A stretch of DNA of 64,000 nucleotides from Azolla caroliniana. Taxonomy: Eukaryota > Plantae > Polypodiophyta. Shown here in pieces: positions 50,498 through 64,000 of this stretch (position 1 is its first letter; each line of letters opens with the position of its first letter). The stretch spans positions 17,112,001-17,176,000 of the forward strand of contig JBHGNT010000017.1 of assembly GCA_043228905.1 (NCBI GenBank). Direction: 5' to 3'. The position numbers and the translations under genes are program-made. The notes below the pieces were generated by a model, which was not told the DNA's origin, ran no database searches, and saw nothing but the letters and a program-made list of their open reading frames with translations.

Positions 50498-51121
50498 ATT
50501 GAGAACCTTGCTCTACAATCTATTAATGCTCCATTCATAAACATGTTTGTCAATCAATATATAAATGAGACAAGACAAAGCTTCATTTTACATCCATAAA
50601 TAGAGGTCTATGAGAAAGCCTCATTTTCATACATAAATGCAAGTCCATTGTGGAACTCTCCAATCACAATGTCATTATTCACAAAGCCCAAAGGAATATT
50701 GCTTCAATTCTTTGAAGAGCAGTTTTACAATAGTATAAAATTACATAAGTATCTATGCATATACTACTGTTAATGTTCTTTCATTTGGTGTGTTTCCTCG
50801 CATAAGTTGTTTTCTTGAGTGGGAGTGAAACCTTTTTTATAATAGTAGGGTTCAAACCATTTGGGATGCTTGCTCATAAAACTACCATTGTTGATCCGGC
50901 TTCATAATGCAAAAGATGAGAAAAACCGAGATTGTAACTAGAACATCTTGAAGGGTAATATGATCACCTTCAATATAGCCCAACCTCTCCATCAAAATTT
51001 GGCAAATAATGCCAATTTAGAGTTAACAAGGTGACTATGTATAATGCATTTCACATGTTTTATAGCCTTTCTAATGTTAAGGCAGATCATTCCCATTCTC
51101 TTTTGCTTCAGGAATGCACAT

Positions 51122-54100
51122 TTACAACAGTGATCTTACAGCTGCTGCATCTTCTTTCCTTGTTTGAGATCTATGAGAATTTTGTCCAGAATGGATTCTG
51201 CTCGAAAGGCTTTCCCGAGTAGTAGAAATATTCCTACCAGTGACTTTAGGGCTACAATATGACCTAGATGACATTATTCCAGACCTCGCTGATTGAGCTG
51301 ACCTAGCTGTTGACATGGTTGGCATAATGTCAGACCTTGGAGAACTAAATCGGCTCCATTGAGATGTCTTTACATCAGATGTTGAGAGTGGTCTTCGAGA
51401 CAGTTGTGCAACTGATGCTGAAACTGGCCTTCTTAGAGTGACAATGTTTAAAAGAAAACATAAATTTAGTACAACTTGGTGATTTCAATATTTGAAAATT
51501 CCCTTTTAAATTTTTTCAAAACTAAAGGTATAGATACATGCAAAATTAAAGATGCATATTTTTTTAATTTTTTAATAGATAAAACTCAATAAATTTACAT
51601 GAATGTTCATTACCTTTTCGAATGCTTATTTGTTGCAGGCGTTGCAGAGACCTTGGATATTGTAGAAGAGTTATCAGTTCTGGCAGTGGATGCTCTCATC
51701 TCTATCTGAGGTACAGACATAAAGTTAGTTTGGCTTTGTCCTTGAACTTGACCTTCGCCTAGACCTCGAACCATTCTCCTTTTCTTGGATGGAGTCTTCG
51801 CCATTGAAGACTGACACCAATCATATCCATGCATGTATGATCCGCTATTAACAACCTTGCCTTCCCCTGTAAATGTTGTTCCTCCAATATTTGTTTCCCA
51901 TAATTTCTCATCATCAGCTAGAGGCTTAGATGGGTATTCTGGTGCTTCTTTGTAGTCTTGTGGAAGTGAAAGACAAAACCTTGCATTCTGTTGGGTTTGC
52001 AAAGTCTTCTCTTCCGGCCAAAATGCCAAACCTAACTCCAAAGGAAACTTACAATCCTTTGCTAGGATTTTTCCACCTACAGGAATCTGGCTATTATATG
52101 TAGAGTTCGACGAAACAATCCCATCCACCGGTTTTCTCTGAATATGTACAACATGATTTCCAAGCATTGTGCTTTTGTCTACATTTACTTGACTTTCATT
52201 CTCTGCTAAGGGATTCTCCCCACAGCACATACTCAGTTCAGTAGATTTCCTGGTTTCTATGTCCATTCCTGTAGTACATGGTCTAATATCAATGGCCAAA
52301 GATTCTGCGTCGAGTTCCTTCTTTGACCTTCTCTCTCTTTCATTATCTTTAGATTTGAGACATCCAATTGTCCAAGGACGATCTATGTGTGGATTTAGGC
52401 ACAGCGATATAGCACGAGAGTCCAACTTGTTTGGATTATAACGTTTCATATAATCCATGCATGGAGTTGGAGATAATGTCTGTAGGAGCTTTGGGTAATC
52501 AACATATCCTGAAATTTAAAACTTACCCTCTCACTTTAATGATTCAAAAGAAGTGGATTCTTAACTAGATCTGCAGCTTGAATATTAATACAAAGATACT
52601 TGTGATTGTTTTTCTACACCTGCCCAGGTAGGCTCCCCGTAAAGCTGCCCGCTGCCTTACACACAGTCTGTTCAGCCTCTCTAATAGATGAAAGAATCCC
52701 TGAGAGAAATCAAGGGATACAACACTTCTAAGTAAAGGTCATCCTATGCACAATTAAATCTGACTAGAAATAGGAAACATTAGCCTCTATATATCACTAT
52801 AATGGATGGACTTGGGGGTATTACAAATATTCATTAAACGTGAAATATCATAAGAAACCCATAAAGGCAACTCAACAGTCTGTACACAATATTTGATTTC
52901 TCCAAGTTTACACAATCAGTATTCAAAAGTGAAGTGGAACATCACTAAGAGCTGCCTTGTCTCTGACCTCTTGAATGTTAGAAGAGTTTTTTGCTTTGAA
53001 TGAAATATGTTTTCCTTGAAAATTAGAGTTTGGAACGCCATATCTTGTGAATTTATTTAAGATTATTCAACTCTGGCAAGAATTATGTTGATCCCATTGA
53101 AAGTTAAATGAGAAAGTTATATTTATGAATTCATACCATCAATGCCAGTAAAGAAAACAGATGATAAAGACTTGAACTCCAAAGGGTTCAGATCCAATTG
53201 AAGCTTTTTTAATGCTAGCTGGACTTCACCAAGAGTTAGTTTACCTAAGAGCATTACCAGCCATGAAAATCACGAATTACTATTAGGATGGAGTACAAAT
53301 TGAAATATTATTCTAATTCTGAAGGCTAGTTACATAAATAAATTGAAATGCCAAAATTTAATGTCATATTTATAAAACTTGGACGAGATTCCTCCTGTTA
53401 CAGGTATTTAATTTTAACAAACATTACAGGAACAACACAAATCTTCATATAATTCCGAACACTATAACATCATCATCTGAAACATGTCAAAATATTTGTA
53501 AACTCGCCTCTAACTGTTCATGAACAAGGATGTTCAACTTTGTTGTCTCTTAGCAAAAGGTTCTAGATAATTGGTCATCTATTGTATTAAGAGGCACTTC
53601 AAAAAAGCAAAGGGTAATCGTATACTTGTAAATCCCATTGCTAGCTAAAAATAGTCCCTATCATAGTGGAACATTTTTGAATGGTAGTTCTAAACATAGA
53701 ATCCATGTTGAATACTTCAGAGTATTCTAAAACACATTCTAGACATAAAATATGCATTTTTTAACAACTATGATGGCTATGGAGGAACTAGGATTTAGGC
53801 ATATCTGTGTCTGGTACATTGATTTGTTGTTTGTATGGTGAATGCTATTTGGGTTTTCCCATCTTTGGCCATTCACATCTAGTTTCAGTTTTACAGTGAA
53901 GCCCAACTAGGTAGCCATTAGTTATATGAATTTATTTATAATGATTGAATACAAACCACTTCTATCACGATCCATTTTCTTGAAGACATTAGCCAAATCT
54001 TTAGCAATACCCTACAACACGACATTGCTGTGAGCTTAACAATCAGAAAATTTAATCATACTCTAGGATCCTTATTATATAGAGAAAACAGATTTTATAA

Positions 54101-57100
54101 GATGAAACTTCTCTTTAAGAATAGCCTAATACTCATTCTCGTAGACACGTTTTAATATCATGCATGCACAAAATTATGTACCAAAGAGAAGAAGTACACT
54201 TTAGTAGCAGCGATGTGGATTACATTTATAAAGAATAAATTTATGCACTGAATTAATGTGTCACATTGCAAAATAAACTTTATTATGCAGTAGACAAATC
54301 TAACCTTCAGGGTTTCTAAAGACTGATCACATGATTCCACCTCGTAGATCTTATCATACTCATCAATATCCTGTAAAGAAAACCACCCACATAAATGGGT
54401 TGATTAGTGTAGGGATTAAAGATTTAGTGGTAGTTTGATCAGGGCATTTTATCCTTACGCGTTGAAAAGGGTTGTTAGATATAATCTATGATCAACCCCA
54501 AGTTGTCAATTTATCCTCCCATGTATTCTTAGAGTGCATATTTTGTGATAGCACCCCAAGTGAAGAGTAGCTATTGTGCAACCCGATCATATGGGTCGAT
54601 GAGGTGTCAATGTAAGAAACCATAGATGAGTAGGACATAATATATTTAGGAAAGGAAAGTGGGGTAATAGGATGGAGTAAAAGAATATTCTCTCTTGGCA
54701 AGTTAAGATATACTTAGTCTTGAAGTATGTGCCATTGACTTTAAGATAAGTACTATCTAACACTAGCTTTTATCTAGGGAGCTCAGTCATATTAAATGAC
54801 AAGCTAGTTGATAGAAAAGGAATATCCCCACTACTATCAACTGACTTGCACATTTAATGTGATACTGAAACCAAACAGAGAGTATAAATATCCACTCTCT
54901 TTCTCTTACATAGTAGCTGTGACTATTATCTGTGTCCAATAACTTTGTAGTCGACTAGTCCAGATCCCATCTACGCTATAAGGTGTGAGCGCATGGGAGG
55001 ACAACCATTGTGAGCTACTCTCATATGTAATAGAAAGTTTTCTTTTCACATATACATCTCTGTGAGTGTAACTCTATATGCCTATCTAGACAATTCTCAA
55101 TATTTCTAACAAGGATTGTAGCCCAAATTAAACAATCAGCACAGGAAGCATTAGGAAGTAGGAAACCTCAATGTACTGTGATGGAATGCTTTGATTCTTC
55201 TGGACTCGGAACTGTTTAAGACTTTTTGAGTTTGCTCCTTCAATTTTTAAATAAGCTTCAGAATTAGGACTTCTGATCATTCTAATCAGTGGCTTATTAA
55301 TATCTTGCACCTGTAAGCAAAGATCCCGAACTGTCTTTCCTGCATACATTACAATTAAGGTTATTTATTCACTTTGCCTTTTGTCATTTAAATTTACAGC
55401 AGCACCATTATCGACGCATACACAAGAGGCACAAACCAAATCTCCTCCTGTGAGCAGGGCTCCAGCCAGGAAATGAACCTTCTAGAGGCTCGCTTCCAGA
55501 CACAGTATGAACCTACATAACAAAAAGAGAATTTTCCATTGCCTGGGAATTTAATAAAACATTGAGGTTGTAAACAAGCATCTTACATTTATTTTGACAC
55601 ATTGTCGAGGCCTTGCTCCTGATATGTCATCCACATTTAAACTGCCAACAATTCCGCTGATGTTAGCCAATGTTATACATAAATAATGTTGGCAAGCTTT
55701 ACATTGAATCCACAGTTTAGGACTTCCATATTCAGTGCATAGACAAGGTATTAGAATCTGACTCATCAACAATGCAAAAGACTGTTAAAATAGAATATTG
55801 CTGTGCTCTAACAGTGCAAAACTGTAGCCATATATGTCTCTATTGATGATAGACGACTGCTATGCTCAATTGTTAGTAAAAGTGCAGCCGTATATGTCTA
55901 TATTGATAATAGAAAACTGCTGTGCTCAACATCTAGGAAATATAGCCGCATCTGTGTCCTTTGATGATGATAGAATTAGAATTAGAATTTTTTATCATCC
56001 ATAAAGACGTCAATTTTGACCTATGGGACCAAAGTATACATGTGTTCTTGATATGTGTCTCCTTCCTAAGAAAGGGTATTCATACATTGAAGCACAAAGT
56101 CTCTATGTGTGAATAAAGCATACACATATGAGCTCAACCTTCTCAGTGGTGTCTTAAGTAAGGCACTTAAGTTATCACTCCCTCTTAGTATGTCAGCATA
56201 TCTTGAACGAATTGCACTATATGTTGAGCATGTGAAGGGCAAGTGACATTCCTCCTCTACCATGCCTTCATGGCATACTTTGCATGTCTTCAAGTCCGTT
56301 GCATTTTGATACCATAATGCAACTTCACTACCTAACGTGTGAGATCGAGTGCGAAGTAGTGTAAGGGCTCTACGAGCATTACTACTCATATTGGTAATGA
56401 GATAAGGTTGGATACGATCAATAGGCATTCTTGCTTTATATTGAGTTCATATGAAGATCTGTTGGCCTATATGTGCATAAATTTACATCAGAAGCTATGG
56501 TTAGTCATACAAAAATCAACAGCAACATTCCTACAGGAAACGTTCTATTGCAATAACTGGATGATGTTATGATGAGAACTGAATTTATTATTTCCACTAA
56601 ATGTTAGCAAGAAAAGACCCCCCACAGTAACATTACATCACAATTAGCCAAGTAACCTGACAAATTATGTCAAATGATGGGCATCACTAGCACAACAAAG
56701 AACCGGCAGGAACACTTTTAAACACTTAAACCAAATTCAGTAAAAATGAACATGGAGGTTCACATTATCAGCTTCATTCAAAACTTGAATTTGTTGTGGT
56801 AATCAAAAGAAAAATATTCGGGGAGGTAATTTTTAGAAAGGGAACATTTGGAACCATAAAATGGCCTATGGCCCATTGCATTTGGTTTAAACTGGTACAT
56901 CATCCTTTCAGTTTTCCAAACCAGTGCATTGCTACAGACGTACCCCCAATCTTCATCATGAGTAGATTAATAGCAGCTGCTTTGCAACCAAAAACTAACA
57001 CCAGTTCCTTCTCTTTTCTAAATGATGCATTGCTACAGGTATACCATCACTCTTTTCTGAACTTCCTTTCAAGATGCAAGAAATAGTGAAATAAAGCGAA

Positions 57101-59894
57101 TGTCTGGATTTATCAAATTGAATAAATCTTCCAAAAAACTAGTGTTCAAACAGCCCAAAACCTCCAAAGGCAGTCTTCATACAACCAAAAACGTAATGCC
57201 TTCCTCTTCGATTAACTTTCTGGTAAAAACTAAAATTGAATCTCTGTACAATATACAAGGATCGTGTTTCTATGATAGCTGATGGTTTTCCTCAACAAGA
57301 AGGGTGAGATTAATGTTTGAAGTATGCATAAACTGATCCAAAGCCCATCACTAATTCTAGGGAATAATGATATTCCTGCCAAAACCCTAGCCAGGCTGCC
57401 ATCTAATTCAGATCATGGAACATTCCTGAAACATACTTTGATGGTTTGCATTGTAGAACGCATGCTTTAGTGAGGTAATATACCTCGTGGTGATGTAAAA
57501 CTTTCTTTGCTACTTTAATATTCAAAACTTCTTTCAGGTATGAGAAGAGATAAGTTACTTTTAAAGCTAGTTATTATACCAATGACACTTCAATATAAAG
57601 CAGACTAATTAAATTACTTGTCACGCAGAAACTTTGGCTCTTGAGGACGAGGGGTTTTTGAAGTTGGCAACTTGTAAACTGGCTCCAATGGATTCGTTCC
57701 TCTGGCTGCATTCCCCAGCTTCATGTTCTTAAGAACAAAAGTTCACCCTTATTGAGAATTGTTTTCATCAACTTTAAACAAATGATCAAATAAGAAAACT
57801 CTTCTTTTTCTTTACCAATATTCAAGAAATTTTATGAGTGAAAGATACAGGTAACCTTGACCTTTCCTTTTTTCTTTTATTTTTTGGCACAAAAAACAGG
57901 GCTTCTATTAACTATAGATGAAGTTCCTCAAAATTGCCGTATGGCCTAATTCTGAAGCAAGGACAAGCTTACTGAAAACACATATATGAGAAAGTGCTCA
58001 TCATAAAAGGCTATAAAAAGATTTAACAAACTAACCAAAAACATATGCAATTAAAAAGCCTGCCAGACTAAACTTCGAAATGGTGTTCAAATGTGCTATG
58101 AATTTCATGTGACCATGAGACAGAGATCATATAACTAAACCTCATACAATTAATATGTAGAAGGGCCACGATGTCGCAAAGTAAAAAAATGTCTTATTGC
58201 TAGTATTGTATGCTTGGATATGCCTCTGATATATGCAAGTGAAGTCCAAGAATGGGCAACAGAAGCTGCATTGGAAAACAGAAGTTTTCATAGAGCATAT
58301 TGAATTGCATATCTGAGTTTACCCACATAGATAACACACTCTTCCTGCTGTCTAGGAAACTGGCTTGAATTCAACATTTGATGCATGCTTTATAAGAGAC
58401 TAAAAGGTGTTGTATATAAATATGCCCATTCTCAGATTTGTTTTCAAACTTGTATCTATTGAATTCATTTGAAGCTTTTTCTTCATTACTCTTAATAATT
58501 GAACAGTTTTATTTTGGTTAAAGGAATTTTTAAAATCTAGTACAAGAATGAAAGCAGAATATTGCATAGATACCTTAGGGTTAGGGCGAGCACCTTTAAT
58601 ATCATCCACTGTCAAGTTATTGAATGACCGATTTACATGTACTGAAGAGTCAAGTAAAAAAATATAATTATTGAATTTGTCTCTACCTTCATTTTTCATA
58701 ATCTTCACAAGGAGGTTGGTAGGTTACCAGGAATCCATTTTCGAGGCTTCGCAATATCATCCCAGGACTTTGTAAGGCTAGCTACCTTCACAACAATCAA
58801 TTTAAGGAATATGGGAATTAAGCTCTTAGAATAATTATTTCTTTGGAGAAAATTATTTCAAATTTACTTCGTAAACACCACGGTTTAGGAATCTATAAAG
58901 TGACGCTGGTTGTGCTAGTGCAATCCCTGAAATACAGAGAGGACTGTAAGTTAATAGATGCTATTGATACGTAGTAAATTGTCTGAGTTGTTTAAAAGAA
59001 GCATGTACCTTCCGTTGTAAGAGAACATGGTTCGATAGTCTGTCTTCCTTTCTCAAACCTGTAACACAATAATATATGCATGCCATACTTCAGATAATCA
59101 TCTTTTTAAGACTCCCACCAAACTTTTCGCTTCTCATGCAAACAGATGGAAACTTGTTGGTATATCCTATGAGGATCACTTGCTCCTTCTAGGCTCTAGC
59201 AGCTAGAATTATGCATCAGAAATGACTGCATTCGCCCCCTCAATAATTCATCAATATAATTTCATGAAGCAGAAGAAATTATGTTAAGCAGACATCATGG
59301 GATGGAATGACGAATCATAACTGTTCACAGCATGACTTACAAGAGATTGCCCTCCCTTTTGCAATCAAAGTTTCTTGTTAGCTATTTACACCACACAAAA
59401 AAGTAAATTCAACTGAATTAGTCAGAGAAGTACTTTTTAGAAATTTCGTCTGGTTTCAGGGTATCAAGTGCCATGGAACGCCAATGTCGCGTCCCTTTAA
59501 AATCTCCAAGTTCATTCTGAGGTGATGGTGGTGACAATTCCATTTCTTCTTTTTCACATATGGGGAAGCACATGACTGAGAGAATCCTGGAAAGAAAAAA
59601 AATTTGAGATTAAACATGAAAATCTCATTAATATACATGTCTGTTTGTATTTAAGTTTCATAATTTGGTTTTGCAAATGCACACATATTTAAGTTGTATA
59701 GTTTTATTACATTTCATTAGTAAATGTTGTAGGCAAAGAATTTCTTAGACTTTCAGCTCCACAAAATAAATAAAAATTAATGTTATATATAGATTGAAAT
59801 TCCCTAAATTTATGACAATTACAGAAAGGAATGAGAATAGATCTAACAAAGAACATGGACCAATTACAGGTTTTGAAAGAACAACGTACGCCAT
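51122..59894 (-). CDS. Uncharacterised ~757-aa repeat + EF-hand protein (putative cilium/flagellum-associated), ~16 exons
   Basis: Exons (minus): 59894-59890?, 59586-59434?, 59373-59341?, 59058-59009, 58926-58868, 58785-58728, 58641-58574, 57727-57618, 55641-55587, 55512-55437, 55339-55167, 54370-54305, 54011-53957, 53244-53137, 52508-51614, 51431-51122. GT-AG junctions give one open frame. Motifs LTVDDIKGARP, RGTNPLEPVYKLP..EPKFLRDNLNVDDISGARP, LEGSFPGW, KIEGANSK, EF loop DRDRSGKLTLGE, and C-terminal EDAAAVRSLL. The first three exons are tentative. Confidence 0.8.
55797..55972. repeat. 60-bp tandem repeat x3 (intronic)
   Basis: TGCT.TGCTC.A...AGCC.TATATGTCT.TATTGAT.ATAGA recurs at ~55797, 55857 and 55917. 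Confidence 0.8.
55972..56430 (-). mobile_element. LINE 3'-end fragment (related RTE-like family) in an intron
   Basis: LRTRSHTLGSE...CKVCHEGMVEEECHLPFTC, 3' end GTCCCATAGGTCAAAATTGACG, and a (TTCTAA)n tail. Confidence 0.8.
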
Positions 59895-60249
59895 ACTAGA
59901 TTAAAAAGATTTGCCTTCTTTTAAGCCTGAGAATACAATTAAATTACAAGCAGGAATCCTCAACAGGCTAAGACCACTGATGATCAATTCATGTTCTTTC
60001 AAAGCCTGTGAATTGATCCATCTTCTTTGTTAGATCAATTTTACATATATACTAATTCATCTTGCACATGAATCTTCATCATGGGTACAACCTGAACATC
60101 GATATGTAAGAGAAAATGAAGGCTGAAATAGACTCTTCTGAGTATACAAAGAAATTAAGGTGAAGCCTTGACAAACTGATAAACTAGGAGCAAATCTATC
60201 CAGCCATTGAATAAAACTGAACTTCTCAAAGCACAATATCGCATTCATG

Positions 60250-61618
60250 GGCTATCACATGCAAGAATAGGTGCCTTTTCAGGCATCCGAAACTCACTGC
60301 ACAAGCAGGCTAACTAAAATTTGAGACTTTACCATCAAACTTGTCCAAATTACATAGTTTATCCCGGCCTTTTTGGCTCATGTGCCCAAGCCTTTTATGC
60401 CATAATTCCATATGTGAATGGATTTAAGCCAAAGCAATAAACTTGCCCATCAAAGATTTACCATGCAAGCAATATAGAGTCCCTTTCTTTGTACCTTTAA
60501 CAATTACCCTATTGTACCATCCATGACAATTTCTCAAAGAGGGTACTATATCCATGCAAATCCATTTGTCCAACAGACAATAAGCTTTTCAATAGGAGTA
60601 ACATGGAATGATACACCTGAATCAACAATCCATGTTTGTGACAAAGCATCATTCAAAGTAAGCAAGGCATCAATTAGATCGCTCTTTGTAATCTCCATAT
60701 CCTGTGCATGAATAAAAACTGAAGCACCATTAACTTCAGCATGATCTGCTGCCATGTTAGCACAATGAATATCTTCTGGATCTAATATCTCCTCAATGAT
60801 GACACTGGAGGCCACGTTGGCCTTCTCTCTATCCTTGTCCTTAAAGTTGTAATGTGGTTCATTCTCCTTGTTCTTTTTCTTCTCGTCACTTTTGTTCTTC
60901 TTTCTTTCTAATTCATCTTTGTCGTAGCTGCAATTAGGCTTCTTATGACCTTTCCTACCACATTGATAACAAGTCATTTCAGTCTTGCCTTTGCTTTTGC
61001 TCCCATTCCTCTGTACATTGTCACTTTTCTTTTCTGTTCTTCCTCTAGCTACATTGGCTGAACCACTTCCCTCTCCTCATTCAATCTAGAACCCCTTACA
61101 CCATCAGACGTAAAATTAGGGTTATTTGCCAATGTTTCCGACGAATTAGGTAATGTCATCAACAAGAAGATGGCCTTCAGCTTATCATCAAAGAGAGGTA
61201 ATCTAGAGTCTTGCAATTGTGAGAGAGTACCTGTAAAGGCAGACCTCAAAAGTAGTTGTGAGGCCCTTCAAATCCACTAAAATATCATCTGATATAACCA
61301 CCTCGATGTAGGTGATGGCCTTCTTATTTAGTTTCATCCATGCCACATCTGTCATATCTTCAGGCTTGATTTCAAGAAGTGTCCCTTCGCAATCTTTAAG
61401 AAAGAGAATGCCTAACATTCTCTCTTTCCATGAACCAAACTACTACCTTCAAATCTCTTGATCTCAAACTAGCTTTTGAGATCAGATGAGGTAGTAGTCA
61501 TGTTTGCACTTAACAGTTTAAAAAAATTCACCAAAAAAAGAAAAATCGCCTGGTGTTCTATGCACAATCACCTGATGAGACATAAATTCGTCATGATGAA
61601 ACTCTCACTCTAATACCA
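60250..61618 (-). mobile_element. 5' part of a degenerate Ty1/Copia element (PBS, gag, protease, GAG-pre-integrase)
   Basis: PBS TGGTATTAGAG (tRNA-iMet-like) at 61618-61608, directly after an LTR end ...CTTTCA. Gag WMKLNKKAITYI, zinc knuckle CYQCGRKGHKKPNC, protease WIVDSGVSFHVTP and LWHKRLGHMSQK. The LTR extends rightwards from 61621; its far end is unresolved. Confidence 0.87.
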
Positions 61619-62999
61619 GTTGAAAGAGAGATGATGTGATGGCATGGTTAGATCCAAAACACTAAGGGAGTGGGCTGCTGTGTGAGGAGAGAGAAAGTAG
61701 AGAAAACTGGGGAGAAAATGGAGAGAAAACCCTAGCCTGCAAACTCCCTTTCTCATTATGAGAGGTTTGGAACAAATTATTATTCATAAGTAACTTTTAG
61801 GTCATTTTGGCATGCTTACACATGGCCAATGACCAAAAGTTATAAAAATAATGTAAATGCCTATGACCCCTCAAATTGAGGCCAAAGATATAGTAAACGA
61901 CATGGAAAGGTCAAAATATAATAAAACGGGAGAGTCCTTGGGGCCTTTATCCCCAACAGGACATTTAAAACGCTTCTCTATGATCCACGTTGCCAAAGAT
62001 CGACTCACTTATGAATATGCAGCTTTAGCCATCACAAAATGACAATGCCATGAAGCACACTTCCAAGAACCCCATACAAAAGTATGGTTATCTGACACCA
62101 TGGTCACCACTGTCCTCATGTCCGGTGCATCCACATGGGTTCCAAGCTCCCTGTGTTTTCCGTAGCAAAGCTTCCACCCCACACAAGATCGTCCATGCTG
62201 AATTGGCAGCACTCTCCATGATGGTAGAAGCATTGTTCCAAACTGAACCTCATCAATTGGATTCGAACCATGTCATTGTTGATACGTTGTGGTAGTGATA
62301 TGTATGGACACTTAGGTTGCTAGGGTCTTTTTCCCTCACTATGAGATTTTTTACCCTGGCCTACATATATTATTTTTACTTCTCTGCTTTGCTGTGCACA
62401 AGGCTTCGCCGCACAGAATCTGTGACCTAACAGTCACTTCAAAGAGCTACAAGCAAAAGTGTTTGAAGCATCAAAAGCAACCACAACAAAAGAACACACA
62501 GAAAGATCATGGTACTCAATGGTGATGAAGTGGGTCCAAAAGAATGGCCTCGACATCAAGAATTTTCTGTTGGAGGGTGGCAGCTCCAGACCTGCACTTT
62601 CTTTCATCTTTATTATCTCTGTACTACATTCTCTCTTCCTAGATTCTTCTCTCTCTAGAATCTGCAACTCTTTAAATGCCTTCTCTCTCTAGAATCTGCA
62701 ATGCTTTAAATGCCTTTTGTCTCTTCCACTTTTTCCAAGATATTCCCTTTTTATTCCTAGTTTATTGTACCTGTTTGGTAGTACAAGAGTCTCTTAACTA
62801 CCAAACAACCATTCCCAATTTTGTATAAATAGGCTTATACCAGCCTCTTTTGTAAGAAGATTATTTTCTGCTGCTACTTAGAAACAAGCACAACTCTTTG
62901 GCTGTGTCTCTACTCTTTGCAACCATTTTTTCTACTGCTGTCTAACAGCCTTCTCACAGCTTGGCTATGTCTATTTTGTTCTAACTCTTCCGCTGCTGC

Positions 63000-63560
63000 T
63001 ATTAACAGCTTTTCTCACATTTTCCACCATTTTGATATCATGCACGTCCCCCAAATGATGAAAGGAATAAGGTATTACATCATGACCTATGGCAGCTCTA
63101 TATCCAAAAGACTTGGCCTACACCAAGGGAGCCAGTTCCCCAAAGACTGCCTACTACAAAGTTACAAACATCATTTCATGAACTGTTTGGAGGATGGATT
63201 CATACAGAGACTGACACACATGGATGTTTAAATGCCCCATAGAGCTTGCAATGCAATAGGCCAACTCAAGGTTTCCTCTCACAAACTAGAGTTCATGGCA
63301 AGACAAGCACTTCACATTCCTAGCGCTAAAAGATTCTGCAAATTATGTGAAGGAGAGATCGAATCCAAAAGAAATTCTGCATAGGTGCTCAACTTTCAAC
63401 CACATCAGAAAAAAGTATACTACCCTCTACATGGGGTCCACCATTATTTGAGAAATGATTGAGAAGTCTAGTTTGGTTCATAGTTTGGTCAAATGTTGCT
63501 CGAGCTTCAAACACATAGGGAATCAACCCTTCCATTAGAATGCAAGATGCAATGCCAATT
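63000..63560 (+). mobile_element. Degenerate LINE 3' fragment
   Basis: IGQLKVSSHKLE...RFCKLCEGEIES resembles the same C-terminal LINE domain as the other fragments. Confidence 0.6.
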
Positions 63561-64000
63561 GCAATTCAGGGATTTCTTCCATAGCTCTTTATGTCCACTA
63601 ATGACCTGCCAAGGAGTCACCATAGCGCGAGCGAAAGAACGCAGACAACAACACAGATGGCAAGTAACAGGATACAAGGCACATGGGCAATAATATCACC
63701 AAATTATGGAGATAATTGCTCTCCATATCTGATTTGCACGACATCTGCAGGCACTAGTTAAACTTCATCATAGCGTCATTTTACCACACCAACCAATCTT
63801 GGATATGAAATTCAGTCACCATTACTCTCATGAATAGTAGTTTTGCATTTCATGCTTATTAACCATCTCAAAAATCATTTGACCACATACATGGATCTTT
63901 AGGAAACGTAGAGCATTTATTTGTGTTTTAGTATGGATGATATGAATCCACCCATATTTGTAACAATGATTTGTCTCATAGCCTGATTGCAGCCTCTAGT

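Noticed and set aside
52620-52700. Extra exon of the EF-hand gene
   Set aside because: It has AG/GT borders but is phase-incompatible with its neighbours and would disrupt the second EF-like loop.

Overview
This is eukaryotic land-plant nuclear DNA: AT-rich, with GT-AG introns, many (GA)n/(GAA)n microsatellites and decayed retroelements. The repeat landscape and a candidate flagellar gene suggest a fern or another plant with flagellated sperm (inference only). I built four protein-coding genes by hand. (1) An RLCK-VII PCRK1/PBL19-like kinase (+, 17630-21645, 4 exons). (2) A chloroplast CorA-family Mg2+ transporter, MRS2-11/MGT10 (-, 23426-31888, 13 exons, GMN motif), with a 5-kb TE-filled first intron and an in-frame Pro-rich uORF. 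(3) A single-exon PHD-type zinc-finger protein (+, 45227-47314). (4) A ~16-exon gene that the ORF track barely shows (-, 51122 to ~59894). It encodes (D/E)IxGAxP / RxTNPLxPxY repeats, an EF-hand pair and a C-terminal EDAAAVRSLL motif, and is the best novelty candidate: a putative sperm-flagellum microtubule-associated Ca2+-binding protein. The rest is Copia, Gypsy and LINE remnants, three solo LTRs with TSDs, a 2.2-kb direct duplication of patchy identity enclosing two oppositely oriented Copia pieces, and local tandem repeats. I saw no rRNA, tRNA or CRISPR features. All splice models are manual and lack transcript evidence.
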